IMG/VR virus record: IMGVR_UViG_3300028591_000188
Span: 1 to 64,000 of that record
Reading direction: 5' to 3' (one strand)
Length of the DNA: 64,000 nt
DNA from: a virus
Taxonomy: Duplodnaviria > Caudoviricetes
The position numbers and the translations under genes were made by a program. Within the stretch, counting starts at the first letter, position 1; each line of letters opens with the position of its first letter. Below are positions 37,086 through 45,032 of the stretch, piece after piece. The notes under the pieces were generated by a model. That model saw nothing but the letters and a program-made list of their open reading frames with translations, searched no databases and was not told the DNA's origin.

Positions 37086-37841
37086 TTAACTTAATTTAAA
37101 TAATTCCTTAAACAGATTATGAGTATTAATATGGTCACCAATATACTCTGTAGGATGAGAAGTCTTTAATGCTTCAGTAATATTGTTATACAAATCAAAG
37201 GCAGTAAAGTCTTTATCAAACAGGTGTTTAAAGTTCTTACTAAATTGTAACTCTCTCTTAATTATGGACATTTGAGTTATGGTAAGTACTTCTTTCTTAA
37301 AGAATAATTCACCAAGAATATTGTAAGTATCTTGAGGACTAACCTCAAAGTGCTTTAATTCATTCATTTGTCTTACAATATTTTCAAACGCTGTTTGTAA
37401 TACTGATATACCACCATTAATATTAGTTACAATATCTTCTTTTGTAGTACTAGTTTCACCTAAGATAACTCCTTTATGAATTCTCTTATATTGATAATCT
37501 CCTGATATACAGCCATTTGTACAAATCATACATACAGTTCCTGCCACTACAACAAAACTCATAGTCTTATCATAAGAGTTTCTAAACATAAGTCTTTGTC
37601 CAAATTCTCCATCATCTGTACTAATATCATAAGAACCAATTACTCCTTTAACTAAACCAGTATTGGTATTAGTTGTTTTATAGCTCTCATTCTTTATAAT
37701 TAATCCAAGACTTCTAAGTTTATCTTCTATTGTATCCATAATAAACTTATTGGATACTGGAGTGTAAGTATCACTATCCCAAGGAATAGTAGGAGCATTA
37801 TACACACTATCCCTATTACTTAAATTAAATTTGTTTCTCAT
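37086..37841 (-). CDS. DUF932-like protein
   Basis: YTPVSN..FRNSYDKTMSF..GTVCMICTNG..RIHKG..FDLYNNITEALK; likely start MRNKF at 37841. Confidence 0.6.
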   Translation of the reverse strand: MRNKFNLSNRDSVYNAPTIPWDSDTYTPVSNKFIMDTIEDKLRSLGLIIKNESYKTTNTNTGLVKGVIGSYDISTDDGEFGQRLMFRNSYDKTMSFVVVAGTVCMICTNGCISGDYQYKRIHKGVILGETSTTKEDIVTNINGGISVLQTAFENIVRQMNELKHFEVSPQDTYNILGELFFKKEVLTITQMSIIKRELQFSKNFKHLFDKDFTAFDLYNNITEALKTSHPTEYIGDHINTHNLFKELFKLS

Positions 37842-37845
37842 AGTT

Positions 37846-38049
37846 TCATTCTTCTGGATATGGGTTATGGTCATCTGTTTTTGAATAACCATTGTCATCA
37901 AACATATTTTCTTCTTTAATATTTACTATATGCCAACTTGGAAATTGTCCTTTTATAATTAATTCAGCATCTTCTATACAAGATGCTTCGATTCTTTTTG
38001 TTTTCTTCAAACCTTCTTCGAGTTCTTCAATAATCATTAAGTAAGTCAT
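37846..38049 (-). CDS. Hypothetical protein
   Basis: Track ORF. Confidence 0.6.
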   Translation of the reverse strand: MTYLMIIEELEEGLKKTKRIEASCIEDAELIIKGQFPSWHIVNIKEENMFDDNGYSKTDDHNPYPEE

Positions 38050-38054
38050 AATGC

Positions 38055-38657
38055 TTATATCTCTTTATAATATAATAGTGTAGGATTATTTTTATGTATA
38101 TCAACATTAGGATGTAATTTACTAAAAGTCCCTAAATCAAAAGGTTTTGTTATTATATGATAACCATGCAATGTAGGAACTGTCAAAATTACCTTATTTG
38201 TATTGTCAAGAGGTTGGCATTCATTATTTATATACTTTATACATTCATCGACAAATTCCTTTTCTTTTGTATCAATATCTACAAGAAAAGTCTTATCACT
38301 ACTTTTACATCTTCCAACTGATGTTGAATATAAATGTTTTACACCATGATAATTTTCTTGACTTAAGTATTCAGCAAGAGTATTTAATACTTGAAATCCT
38401 ACATCTTTATAGGTTTTCTTTGATATATGAATATATGCTCTCGCATTGAAAAGTTGACATAATATACTTATTTCATTTTTATGTTTTTCCAAATATTCAG
38501 AGTTTTCAACCATATATTCTCTTATTACATGGTTGTTACTTCCTAAGTATGGATTTTCCTTATTTCTTTGTATAATTTGAAGAAAATGGAACTCTCCTTC
38601 CTTACAAGGATGAGAGTTCATATATTCTTCAATTAATTGAAAGTTATTTACTACCAT
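38055..38657 (-). CDS. Conserved phage protein, possible AEP/Prim-Pol-like fold
   Basis: FLQIIQRNKEN, FNARAY, LVDIDT (hhDhD) and PTLHGYH motifs. Confidence 0.5.
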   Translation of the reverse strand: MVVNNFQLIEEYMNSHPCKEGEFHFLQIIQRNKENPYLGSNNHVIREYMVENSEYLEKHKNEISILCQLFNARAYIHISKKTYKDVGFQVLNTLAEYLSQENYHGVKHLYSTSVGRCKSSDKTFLVDIDTKEKEFVDECIKYINNECQPLDNTNKVILTVPTLHGYHIITKPFDLGTFSKLHPNVDIHKNNPTLLYYKEI

Positions 38658-38662
38658 TCTAC

Positions 38663-38890
38663 TTATTTGTGTTTTTTTACTTTATATACTAAAAAGCAAT
38701 CATCCTTTGTATTTCCATTACTGTATACAATGTATTCATAATCAGGATCTTCTGGAACATTAAACACTGTTGCAAAACAATAACATTCTTTATTGTTACG
38801 ACCTTTGCTTATACGTCCCTGTTGCACTACTTTTAGTATTAGTTGTAATGCTAATTCATCGTTTATACCATCATCTATTCTTATTTTCAT
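38663..38890 (-). CDS. Hypothetical protein
   Basis: Track ORF (VVQQGRISKGRNNKECYC). Confidence 0.65.
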   Translation of the reverse strand: MKIRIDDGINDELALQLILKVVQQGRISKGRNNKECYCFATVFNVPEDPDYEYIVYSNGNTKDDCFLVYKVKKHK

Positions 38891-39082
38891 TTATGATTTA
38901 TCGTCTGTGTTTATTTCAAATGTTATTTTACAACCGTTTCCTAGATTACATTCTAAAGATTCATATTTACAACTCTTTGCCGCACAATCTAATAATAGTT
39001 TGTGTAATCCAGAAATATAAACAATGCTTAAAATATCATTCTCTATATCATTCATTATCAAAATCTTTTCCTGTGCATTCAT
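38891..39082 (-). CDS. Hypothetical protein
   Basis: Track ORF abutting its neighbours. Confidence 0.55.
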   Translation of the reverse strand: MNAQEKILIMNDIENDILSIVYISGLHKLLLDCAAKSCKYESLECNLGNGCKITFEINTDDKS

Positions 39083-39420
39083 ATAATAGTCTATTTAGGT
39101 TCTTTATAATACATCCAATAAGCAACACCTGGAATGTTCCATCCATCATAGTCAACACATATATTCTTATCAACTATATGTCCAAAACATATTCTTATTG
39201 GTGTGCTAAGCTCTTTTCCATTAAGGGTATTGGTTAGAACAATTACTTCTTCATCCATAGGTGGTTGTTCTTTCTTTGCATCATGCCATCCTAATTGCTC
39301 ATCTTTCCATTGAGCCATGTCAAGTGCTGACATATAGCAGCAATAGTTTATATCACCAATCTCGCCAAATTCAGATTCTCTGTTATTTGCAACTTCTTGG
39401 GCTTTCTCTTTGTTTGTCAT
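39079..39420 (-). CDS. DUF551-like protein
   Basis: WHDAKKEQPPMDEEVIV..VAYWMY. The track ends it at TAG 39091; read-through ends at TGA 39079, overlapping the next ATG (ATGA). Confidence 0.6.
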
Positions 39421-39421
39421 G

Positions 39422-39820
39422 TCAAATCAAGTTTTCAAGTGTGTATTTAAGTGCTGCTTCAACAGCTTCTTCATAAGATTTTGGTGTTTCGTTTGTGTAT
39501 ACATCATTGCCAAGATGAGCGAATGCTCTATATACTGTACAGCACCAGTGACTTGCTTTTTCTTCATTATCTGCTTGCCAAGGATATACTATAATATGTA
39601 AATCATGCACTTCCCTTAACCATTTGAGAGTCATTTGATGTGTTGGAGCTTGACAGCATCTTTTCTCCCAAGTTGAATTTGTTTCTCCACAAAACGAGTA
39701 GTTTACCTCTTTGGGTTTATCTTCACAATAGTAGGTAACGCAATCAATAAAGTCAACTCCTTTCTCTTTCAAGAGTTTTGCAATTTCAAAGCTACAATAA
39801 TCTTCGGTAATTTGTTTCAT
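39422..39820 (-). CDS. Hypothetical protein (EDYCSFEIAKLLKEKG..APTHQM..WLRE family)
   Basis: Track ORF; family common in Bacteroidota phages. Confidence 0.75.
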   Translation of the reverse strand: MKQITEDYCSFEIAKLLKEKGVDFIDCVTYYCEDKPKEVNYSFCGETNSTWEKRCCQAPTHQMTLKWLREVHDLHIIVYPWQADNEEKASHWCCTVYRAFAHLGNDVYTNETPKSYEEAVEAALKYTLENLI

Positions 39821-40071
39821 TTCTCCTCCTTTTCTTTGAGTTGTTTGATCAATTCATTGGCATATCCAACAGCCAATTCTGACTGATGAACAGTTATATC
39901 CTCCCCATAGTATCCATCTTGAATCATCGCACATAGAATATCCTTCGCTGCTTCTGCTCGGAAGGATTGCCAGTCAAATTGTTTTACATTCCATCGTTCA
40001 TAGTAGCAGTCTTTCTCTGCATCAGTTGTTCTGTATTGACAACCGAAAACTTTACAATCTTTACATTTCAT
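39817..40071 (-). CDS. Hypothetical protein (DWQSFRAEAAKDILC family)
   Basis: Track ORF with ATGA overlap. Confidence 0.7.
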   Translation of the reverse strand: MKCKDCKVFGCQYRTTDAEKDCYYERWNVKQFDWQSFRAEAAKDILCAMIQDGYYGEDITVHQSELAVGYANELIKQLKEKEEK

Positions 40072-40276
40072 CTTGCATATATTTTATAAACCCTTTTGTA
40101 AGAGATGGACTCATTATATCAAACCATTCTTCAGCCTTCTCCAAGAAATCTTGCATGGCTTGGTCGTAACATTCAACAGCGGCTTCAAACACATCGTTTG
40201 CCGAATATTCATTACGGTATAATGGGTCTTTACCATATCCAAGTTCCCTAACTTTCTTTTCTGCAATCTTGCTCAT
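40061..40276 (-). CDS. Hypothetical protein
   Basis: Track ORF. Confidence 0.65.
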   Translation of the reverse strand: MSKIAEKKVRELGYGKDPLYRNEYSANDVFEAAVECYDQAMQDFLEKAEEWFDIMSPSLTKGFIKYMQDEM

Positions 40277-40890
40277 TGTTGTTCAGTTTTAACGATGATA
40301 ATTCTCACTTTGTCACCGACATTAAACCCATCAATTCTTTGATGAATTGCTGGAATGACAGCATGGTCTGGGTCTTTGCCATACTGCCAATCGTTGACTA
40401 TGATGGTTTCCACAGCATCTTTCATCATTTCCTCTTTCATCTTGTTCATCCCAGCAAGCATTGCATGGTCTTCAGCAAGTTCAATGGTTTCTTGGTCTTT
40501 CTGTTTCTGCCATTCAGCGAAATGATGAGCGATATATCTGATGTCAGACTTTATTTGCTCCTTGTCTGTTGTTGGGAACTTAATAGCAAGACTATCCTTG
40601 ATATAGTTTTCAATTTCTTCCTCCAAATCCTCACTTGCAGGTTCCTCTTTACCAAGAGATTTACCACAGTAAGATTCTTTGAATTGTTCTGTTTGAGCAA
40701 TTCTCTTATATCGTTCATTGTAGTTTGCCTTTGATGTTTCATCTGAAGGTTCTTCTGGAAGAGAGTTGATGAATCGAAGAATGCCTTTATAAGCATCAAT
40801 AGAACCATTGTTATATTCACATTCCAACGGTTCAAGAAGCTCAATTCTTCTTTCAATCTCTTCCTTGATTAGTTGTACTTTGTCTGACAT
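40273..40890 (-). CDS. Hypothetical modular protein (LIKEEIERR..EEPASEDLEEE..FAEWQK)
   Basis: Track ORF. Confidence 0.75.
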   Translation of the reverse strand: MSDKVQLIKEEIERRIELLEPLECEYNNGSIDAYKGILRFINSLPEEPSDETSKANYNERYKRIAQTEQFKESYCGKSLGKEEPASEDLEEEIENYIKDSLAIKFPTTDKEQIKSDIRYIAHHFAEWQKQKDQETIELAEDHAMLAGMNKMKEEMMKDAVETIIVNDWQYGKDPDHAVIPAIHQRIDGFNVGDKVRIIIVKTEQQ

Positions 40891-40893
40891 GGT

Positions 40894-40983
40894 TTACAAT
40901 TTAATTTTAATTACAAATATTGAATTAAAGAATTGCCATAGCAAATCGTTTAAACTTTTACGATAGTAACCTGAATCATACAT
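40894..40983 (-). CDS. Possible 29-aa peptide (not in track)
   Basis: MYDSGYYRKSLNDLLWQFFNSIFVIKIKL*; preceded by TAAACC like the next gene; fills the gap. Confidence 0.4.
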   Translation of the reverse strand: MYDSGYYRKSLNDLLWQFFNSIFVIKIKL

Positions 40984-40986
40984 GGT

Positions 40987-41142
40987 TTAGTACTCCTTTT
41001 CATCATTATAATTGGCGTCTTTATATTTTCTATTTCTTCTTTCTTCTAAAGAGTTCCATGAGGCTGCAAAAATTATAAGCAATATTATAATTGCTAAAAT
41101 TCCAATCAAGATTATGAATATTCTCCCAAAAATTCCAATCAT
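40987..41142 (-). CDS. Small single-pass membrane protein, 51 aa (not in track)
   Basis: MIGIFGRIFIILIGILAIIILLIIFAASW followed by a charged tail. Confidence 0.65.
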   Translation of the reverse strand: MIGIFGRIFIILIGILAIIILLIIFAASWNSLEERRNRKYKDANYNDEKEY

Positions 41143-41145
41143 AGT

Positions 41146-41403
41146 TTATTCCTCCATTGCTTTGTGCAAATCTTCAATAAAATCTTGTACTGTTTGATAA
41201 GGGAGCTGCCAATTATTGATAATTGATTTATCTGTTAAGTGCGATGCTATGAAATCACATACTTTCTCGGCATCCCAAAGTCCTTCCTTTGGATGTTGGT
41301 CAGCCCATTCTGCACCTTTGATAAAACCTTGATTTAATCTTTTTTGGTCTTCAATATCAAATATGTCATTTGCAGCTTGTTTGATTTCTTCTTCTCTTGT
41401 CAT
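41146..41403 (-). CDS. Hypothetical protein (MTREEEI..FIKGAEWADQHP family)
   Basis: Track ORF. Confidence 0.75.
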   Translation of the reverse strand: MTREEEIKQAANDIFDIEDQKRLNQGFIKGAEWADQHPKEGLWDAEKVCDFIASHLTDKSIINNWQLPYQTVQDFIEDLHKAMEE

Positions 41404-41415
41404 TGTTCTTTGATT

Positions 41416-41652
41416 TTATACTGTTTCGTATGTAAAAACTATTCTTTTACATGGTTCTTCTGTGATGAAAACTTCTTGGCTATAAGGATACTCTATTTTT
41501 CCTGTATTTAAATTCTTCATGGCCCATTTATACGAATGTAGGTTTGGATTTTCTATAGCTTGTCCAACACATAAATTTCCATGCGATTCGTAAGCGTAAT
41601 ATTTTCCAATTTCAACAATTGGATTATACTCTACCTCTCTTATTGTTCTCAT
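41416..41652 (-). CDS. Hypothetical protein
   Basis: Track ORF. Confidence 0.65.
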   Translation of the reverse strand: MRTIREVEYNPIVEIGKYYAYESHGNLCVGQAIENPNLHSYKWAMKNLNTGKIEYPYSQEVFITEEPCKRIVFTYETV

Positions 41653-41879
41653 TATTTCTTGATTTTACGGATTAGTTCTTCTTGTTCTTTCTTACGTCTT
41701 TCAGCACAATACTTGCAGTTGCCTTTGTGAGCTAATCTATGGTGCATAGTAATATATTCACAAGAATCTATTACTACTTCCTTTATTTCTCTTCCAATTT
41801 TATAAGAGCCATCTGCGTTTTGCTCAAGACACCCACACATTACAAATGCGAGTGCTAATAATAAGATTAGTTTTTTCAT
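41652..41879 (-). CDS. Putative lipoprotein
   Basis: MKKLILLLALAFVMCGC signal/lipobox; IDSCEYI..HKGNCKYC. Confidence 0.65.
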   Translation of the reverse strand: MKKLILLLALAFVMCGCLEQNADGSYKIGREIKEVVIDSCEYITMHHRLAHKGNCKYCAERRKKEQEELIRKIKK

Positions 41880-41882
41880 TGT

Positions 41883-42479
41883 TTATTCTTCTTTTGGTAA
41901 GGTTTTCAATACATCAAGAGTAATATAATACTCATCTTTTTGTACAAAATCAGAAAGTACAACCCTGCCATCTTGCTGAATGGCTACATGACAATCAAGC
42001 TCTTCATCTTTTTCAGCTTTCTTCCACTTAGGCAAGTCTTCCATTATTTCATATTGACCTTGTTTATATCCATTATTATAAACAATAGTATCTATATTTT
42101 TATATGCTTTATCAATCTCTTTGTCAATCTCTGGTTTAAGTTCCTTTCTTGCCAAGTCGAGGAGTGATTCAGCTTCACTTTTAATTGTTTCTGGAAAACA
42201 GTCAATATTTGAGATATATCTAGCTAGAATATTTCTTACGGCTTTCTCAAACTCGGTAGATTCCTCTTCTGCAAAGAAAAGGTCATATTCCCTATGACTT
42301 TCATTTTTTCCATCATGGTAGAATATTTGTACTCCATCTAATGTCTCAAATTCAACGAGAGCGACAATTGGCATGTTCCCTCTTTGGTTTGTGCAAAGAA
42401 TACGAACATTATGTCCACTTCTTGTCACTACTTTGCGGCTTGGATTTTTAAGATATTTTTCTAATGAGAATTGTTCCAT
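41883..42479 (-). CDS. Hypothetical protein (FSLEKYLKNPSRKVVTR.G..VRILCT family)
   Basis: Track ORF. Confidence 0.75.
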   Translation of the reverse strand: MEQFSLEKYLKNPSRKVVTRSGHNVRILCTNQRGNMPIVALVEFETLDGVQIFYHDGKNESHREYDLFFAEEESTEFEKAVRNILARYISNIDCFPETIKSEAESLLDLARKELKPEIDKEIDKAYKNIDTIVYNNGYKQGQYEIMEDLPKWKKAEKDEELDCHVAIQQDGRVVLSDFVQKDEYYITLDVLKTLPKEE

Positions 42480-42482
42480 AAT

Positions 42483-43775
42483 TTAAAGTTTTTCTTGTAG
42501 GTCAAAAATTAAACTTTCAAGCACTTTTCTGGTTTCTGAATTTGTATGAAGTCCTTTTGTTCTCTTTATCAATGCTTTCATCTGTTCCTCACTTGGCTTC
42601 CAATGGTTAGGCTTAATGGATTTGAGCCAGGTTTGATATTTTGTTATATCATCTTGTAAACACCCAGCAAATTGCCTGTATCTCTTTGCTCCAGCACAAA
42701 TAGCAATTAGGTGGTTAATTACATCTTCATCCTCTTCACTCCATTCTTGCTTTGATTTAGGCTGAACACGGTCTTTGAGGGATTTGAGCCAATCTATGAA
42801 ATATTTCTTGATATAGTCAGGACTATCAATCGTCTCAAATATTTTATTGAGATTATCTGAATTTTCAATTATCCACTTTACACTATTCAAGTTCTTGCTA
42901 TCCTCTTTGCTCCAAGAAGGTTTCTGCTCTACAAGTTCGTAGTAATCTTGAAACTCTATGTTTACAAACGAATGGCTGTTATTGCATACATAATATCCAT
43001 CTTCTATCTTTTCAATGGTCATCGGAAATACGGTGTTCTCTCCTATTTTATGGATGGTATCGCCAATTTTAAACTTAGGAGTAGGTTTCTGCTCACCTTG
43101 CTTTTCAATCTTATTCAACTCTTTCTTCTCAACATTCCACTCATAACCTGATTCTTTAATCTTTTGGAATAAGAGGTCACGCTGTTCTTTGGTTGCTGGA
43201 GTAACATCATTTGGAATACAAATAGAACTATTAACAACTACACAATTTTCGTTATAATTTAAATTATTGCCAATATAACACGAATTACCATCTTTGTAAA
43301 TCCACAATAATTTACAGCAATGAGAATAAAGAACATCTCCATCCTTTGCATCTTGGATAGTCCAAAGATGCGCATTTTCATCCACAGTTACATATTCTAA
43401 TGATGTACTCAAACCATTTTGGTCAATTAGTTCGTAGCCACATCCGTTATAGTTGACCTTATAGCATTTGTTTTGCCAAACTATCCACTGCCCATTTTTA
43501 AACTTTGGTTCAACTTTATTAGCAAGTTTATTCTCACCTTGCTTTTCAAGCCAAGCAAGACATTTTTCTTTGTGTATTACACACATGTTGTCTTTAATAG
43601 ACTGAATAATTTCTTTCCTTATCCTCTCGTCCTCGGACTCCTTGAGTTCGGGGAAGATGTTTTCTAAATCCCAAACATGATAAAGTCTATCATTTCTGCC
43701 GTTGGGTAAATCGGTAGCAAGTTTTCTTGCTCTTTCAAGAGCTTCTTCATATAATTTTTTGTAATCTTTACTCAT
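42483..43775 (-). CDS. Modular repeat protein (430 aa)
   Basis: KQGE x2, PKFKxG x2, WSxED x2 and WKPSEEQM modules; WTIQDAKDGDVL. Confidence 0.8.
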   Translation of the reverse strand: MSKDYKKLYEEALERARKLATDLPNGRNDRLYHVWDLENIFPELKESEDERIRKEIIQSIKDNMCVIHKEKCLAWLEKQGENKLANKVEPKFKNGQWIVWQNKCYKVNYNGCGYELIDQNGLSTSLEYVTVDENAHLWTIQDAKDGDVLYSHCCKLLWIYKDGNSCYIGNNLNYNENCVVVNSSICIPNDVTPATKEQRDLLFQKIKESGYEWNVEKKELNKIEKQGEQKPTPKFKIGDTIHKIGENTVFPMTIEKIEDGYYVCNNSHSFVNIEFQDYYELVEQKPSWSKEDSKNLNSVKWIIENSDNLNKIFETIDSPDYIKKYFIDWLKSLKDRVQPKSKQEWSEEDEDVINHLIAICAGAKRYRQFAGCLQDDITKYQTWLKSIKPNHWKPSEEQMKALIKRTKGLHTNSETRKVLESLIFDLQEKL

Positions 43776-43776
43776 A

Positions 43777-43920
43777 TTAAAATGGTGTTTTTAGTCCTTT
43801 TGAATATGCTTCAAAATATAGTTTTTGTGTTTCTGTTAGATTATTGAACCATTCATCAAAATACCTAATATATTTAGGATGGACAGTTTTTCTCCATTCA
43901 TTATATAAATATTCCTTCAT
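43777..43920 (-). CDS. Small protein, 47 aa (not in track)
   Basis: MKEYLYNEWRKTVHPKYIRYFDEWFNNLTETQKLYFEAYSKGLKTPF*; ends 1 nt before the next ATG. Confidence 0.7.
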   Translation of the reverse strand: MKEYLYNEWRKTVHPKYIRYFDEWFNNLTETQKLYFEAYSKGLKTPF

Positions 43921-43939
43921 ACTTCTTATAAAATTAATA

Positions 43940-44112
43940 AACACAAGTATCCTAACTCTTCTCCATACATTTCTATATGGTTAAATAAATGGTTACACAC
44001 TAAGCTCGCCATCCAGTAACTCAAAGTTTGCTGTAGCCGACCCGTCACACATATTTTTTGAGTGGCCAATCTCAATAAGGTTCGTTGCTCTCGGCATAGT
44101 AATACTTGTGTT
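43940..44112 (-). ncRNA. Candidate structured ncRNA (~173 nt), family unrecognised
   Basis: Terminal stem AACACAAGUAUU/GAUACUUGUGUU; inner stems GCCGA/UCGGC, UUGAG/CUCAA, CAG..AACU-UUG-AGUU..CUG, GAUGG/CCAUU and CCAUAUA-GAAA-UGUAUGG. The G-U wobbles only work on the minus strand. Confidence 0.6.
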
Positions 44113-44129
44113 ATAATAGACTTTTATTA

Positions 44130-45032
44130 TTAAAAGTCACCATAATAAACTTGACAACATAAGATACCTAAATCTCTCCACATCTTCACTACTTTATCTC
44201 TGTCATCAAATACACACACTACATTGTATTTAGGTTGTATGTATTCAAAATACATCTCCTTCTTTACAATATCATCAGACCTATAGTCATTATGTTTCCT
44301 CATATAAAGCTGATGTTCTCCAAAACCATTGTCTTCCAACCATTTCTGAGTAACATCACGAGAATCTTCGCTTCTTCCTGAGAAGAAGATTATCTTATAG
44401 CATTGTGAAAGACTATTAAGAAAAATTTTCATTCTAGGGTCAAAAGTATCTTCTGATGCTTTATCATAATCAAAAGGACTTCTACCATTATGTAATGCTA
44501 TAGTACCATCTATATCACATAAGATAATACTTTCCTTATCTGAACTTGGCAATGTTATAATTCTATCATCTGTATAATTATATAGAAGTTCTGGAAAATA
44601 AGCTCTAAAGAATTTCCTCATTACCTTTTCTCCAACCTTATCTTCCCTATTGTTATCTCTTTCAAGAGCCTCTTTATAAGAGATTTTAAACAGTTTAAAT
44701 TCTATATCAGCAGCATACATACCAGCAATTCTATTCCATTCTTCTATGGCTTTTGGATTAAGATTAGTTGCATCTATAATAACATTTAGGTCATAATCTA
44801 ATGCAGACATAACAGCATATGCTTCTAATCTATCTATATACTTTTCTTGGCTTGGTAGCCAATAGATACCCCTAGCTTTACGCATAGAGTCTCTATTGAC
44901 TATCACCCAATTAGTATGTTCAGTAGCCAACTTTCTAGCAAAAGTGCTTTTACCAGATGCTGGCACACCTTGTAAGACAAGAATTTGTCTCTTGCCATTA
45001 ATATCTAACTTTCCTATATCAATGTTTTCCAT
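44130..45032 (-). CDS. pseT: Polynucleotide 5'-kinase/3'-phosphatase (T4 PseT-like)
   Basis: N-terminal P-loop GVPASGKST and IIDATN; C-terminal HAD motif CDIDGTIA and FDDR. Confidence 0.88.
   Translation of the reverse strand: MENIDIGKLDINGKRQILVLQGVPASGKSTFARKLATEHTNWVIVNRDSMRKARGIYWLPSQEKYIDRLEAYAVMSALDYDLNVIIDATNLNPKAIEEWNRIAGMYAADIEFKLFKISYKEALERDNNREDKVGEKVMRKFFRAYFPELLYNYTDDRIITLPSSDKESIILCDIDGTIALHNGRSPFDYDKASEDTFDPRMKIFLNSLSQCYKIIFFSGRSEDSRDVTQKWLEDNGFGEHQLYMRKHNDYRSDDIVKKEMYFEYIQPKYNVVCVFDDRDKVVKMWRDLGILCCQVYYGDF

Noticed and set aside
43993-44097. 34-aa ORF MPRATNLIEIG.. inside the candidate ncRNA; also considered tmRNA, SAM-I, TPP, twister, pistol and HDV-like identities
   Set aside because: Atypical codon usage and nested inside long-range stems; the diagnostic motifs of those RNA families (e.g. 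tRNA-like ends and an ALAA-type tag) are absent. The ORF is not fully excluded.
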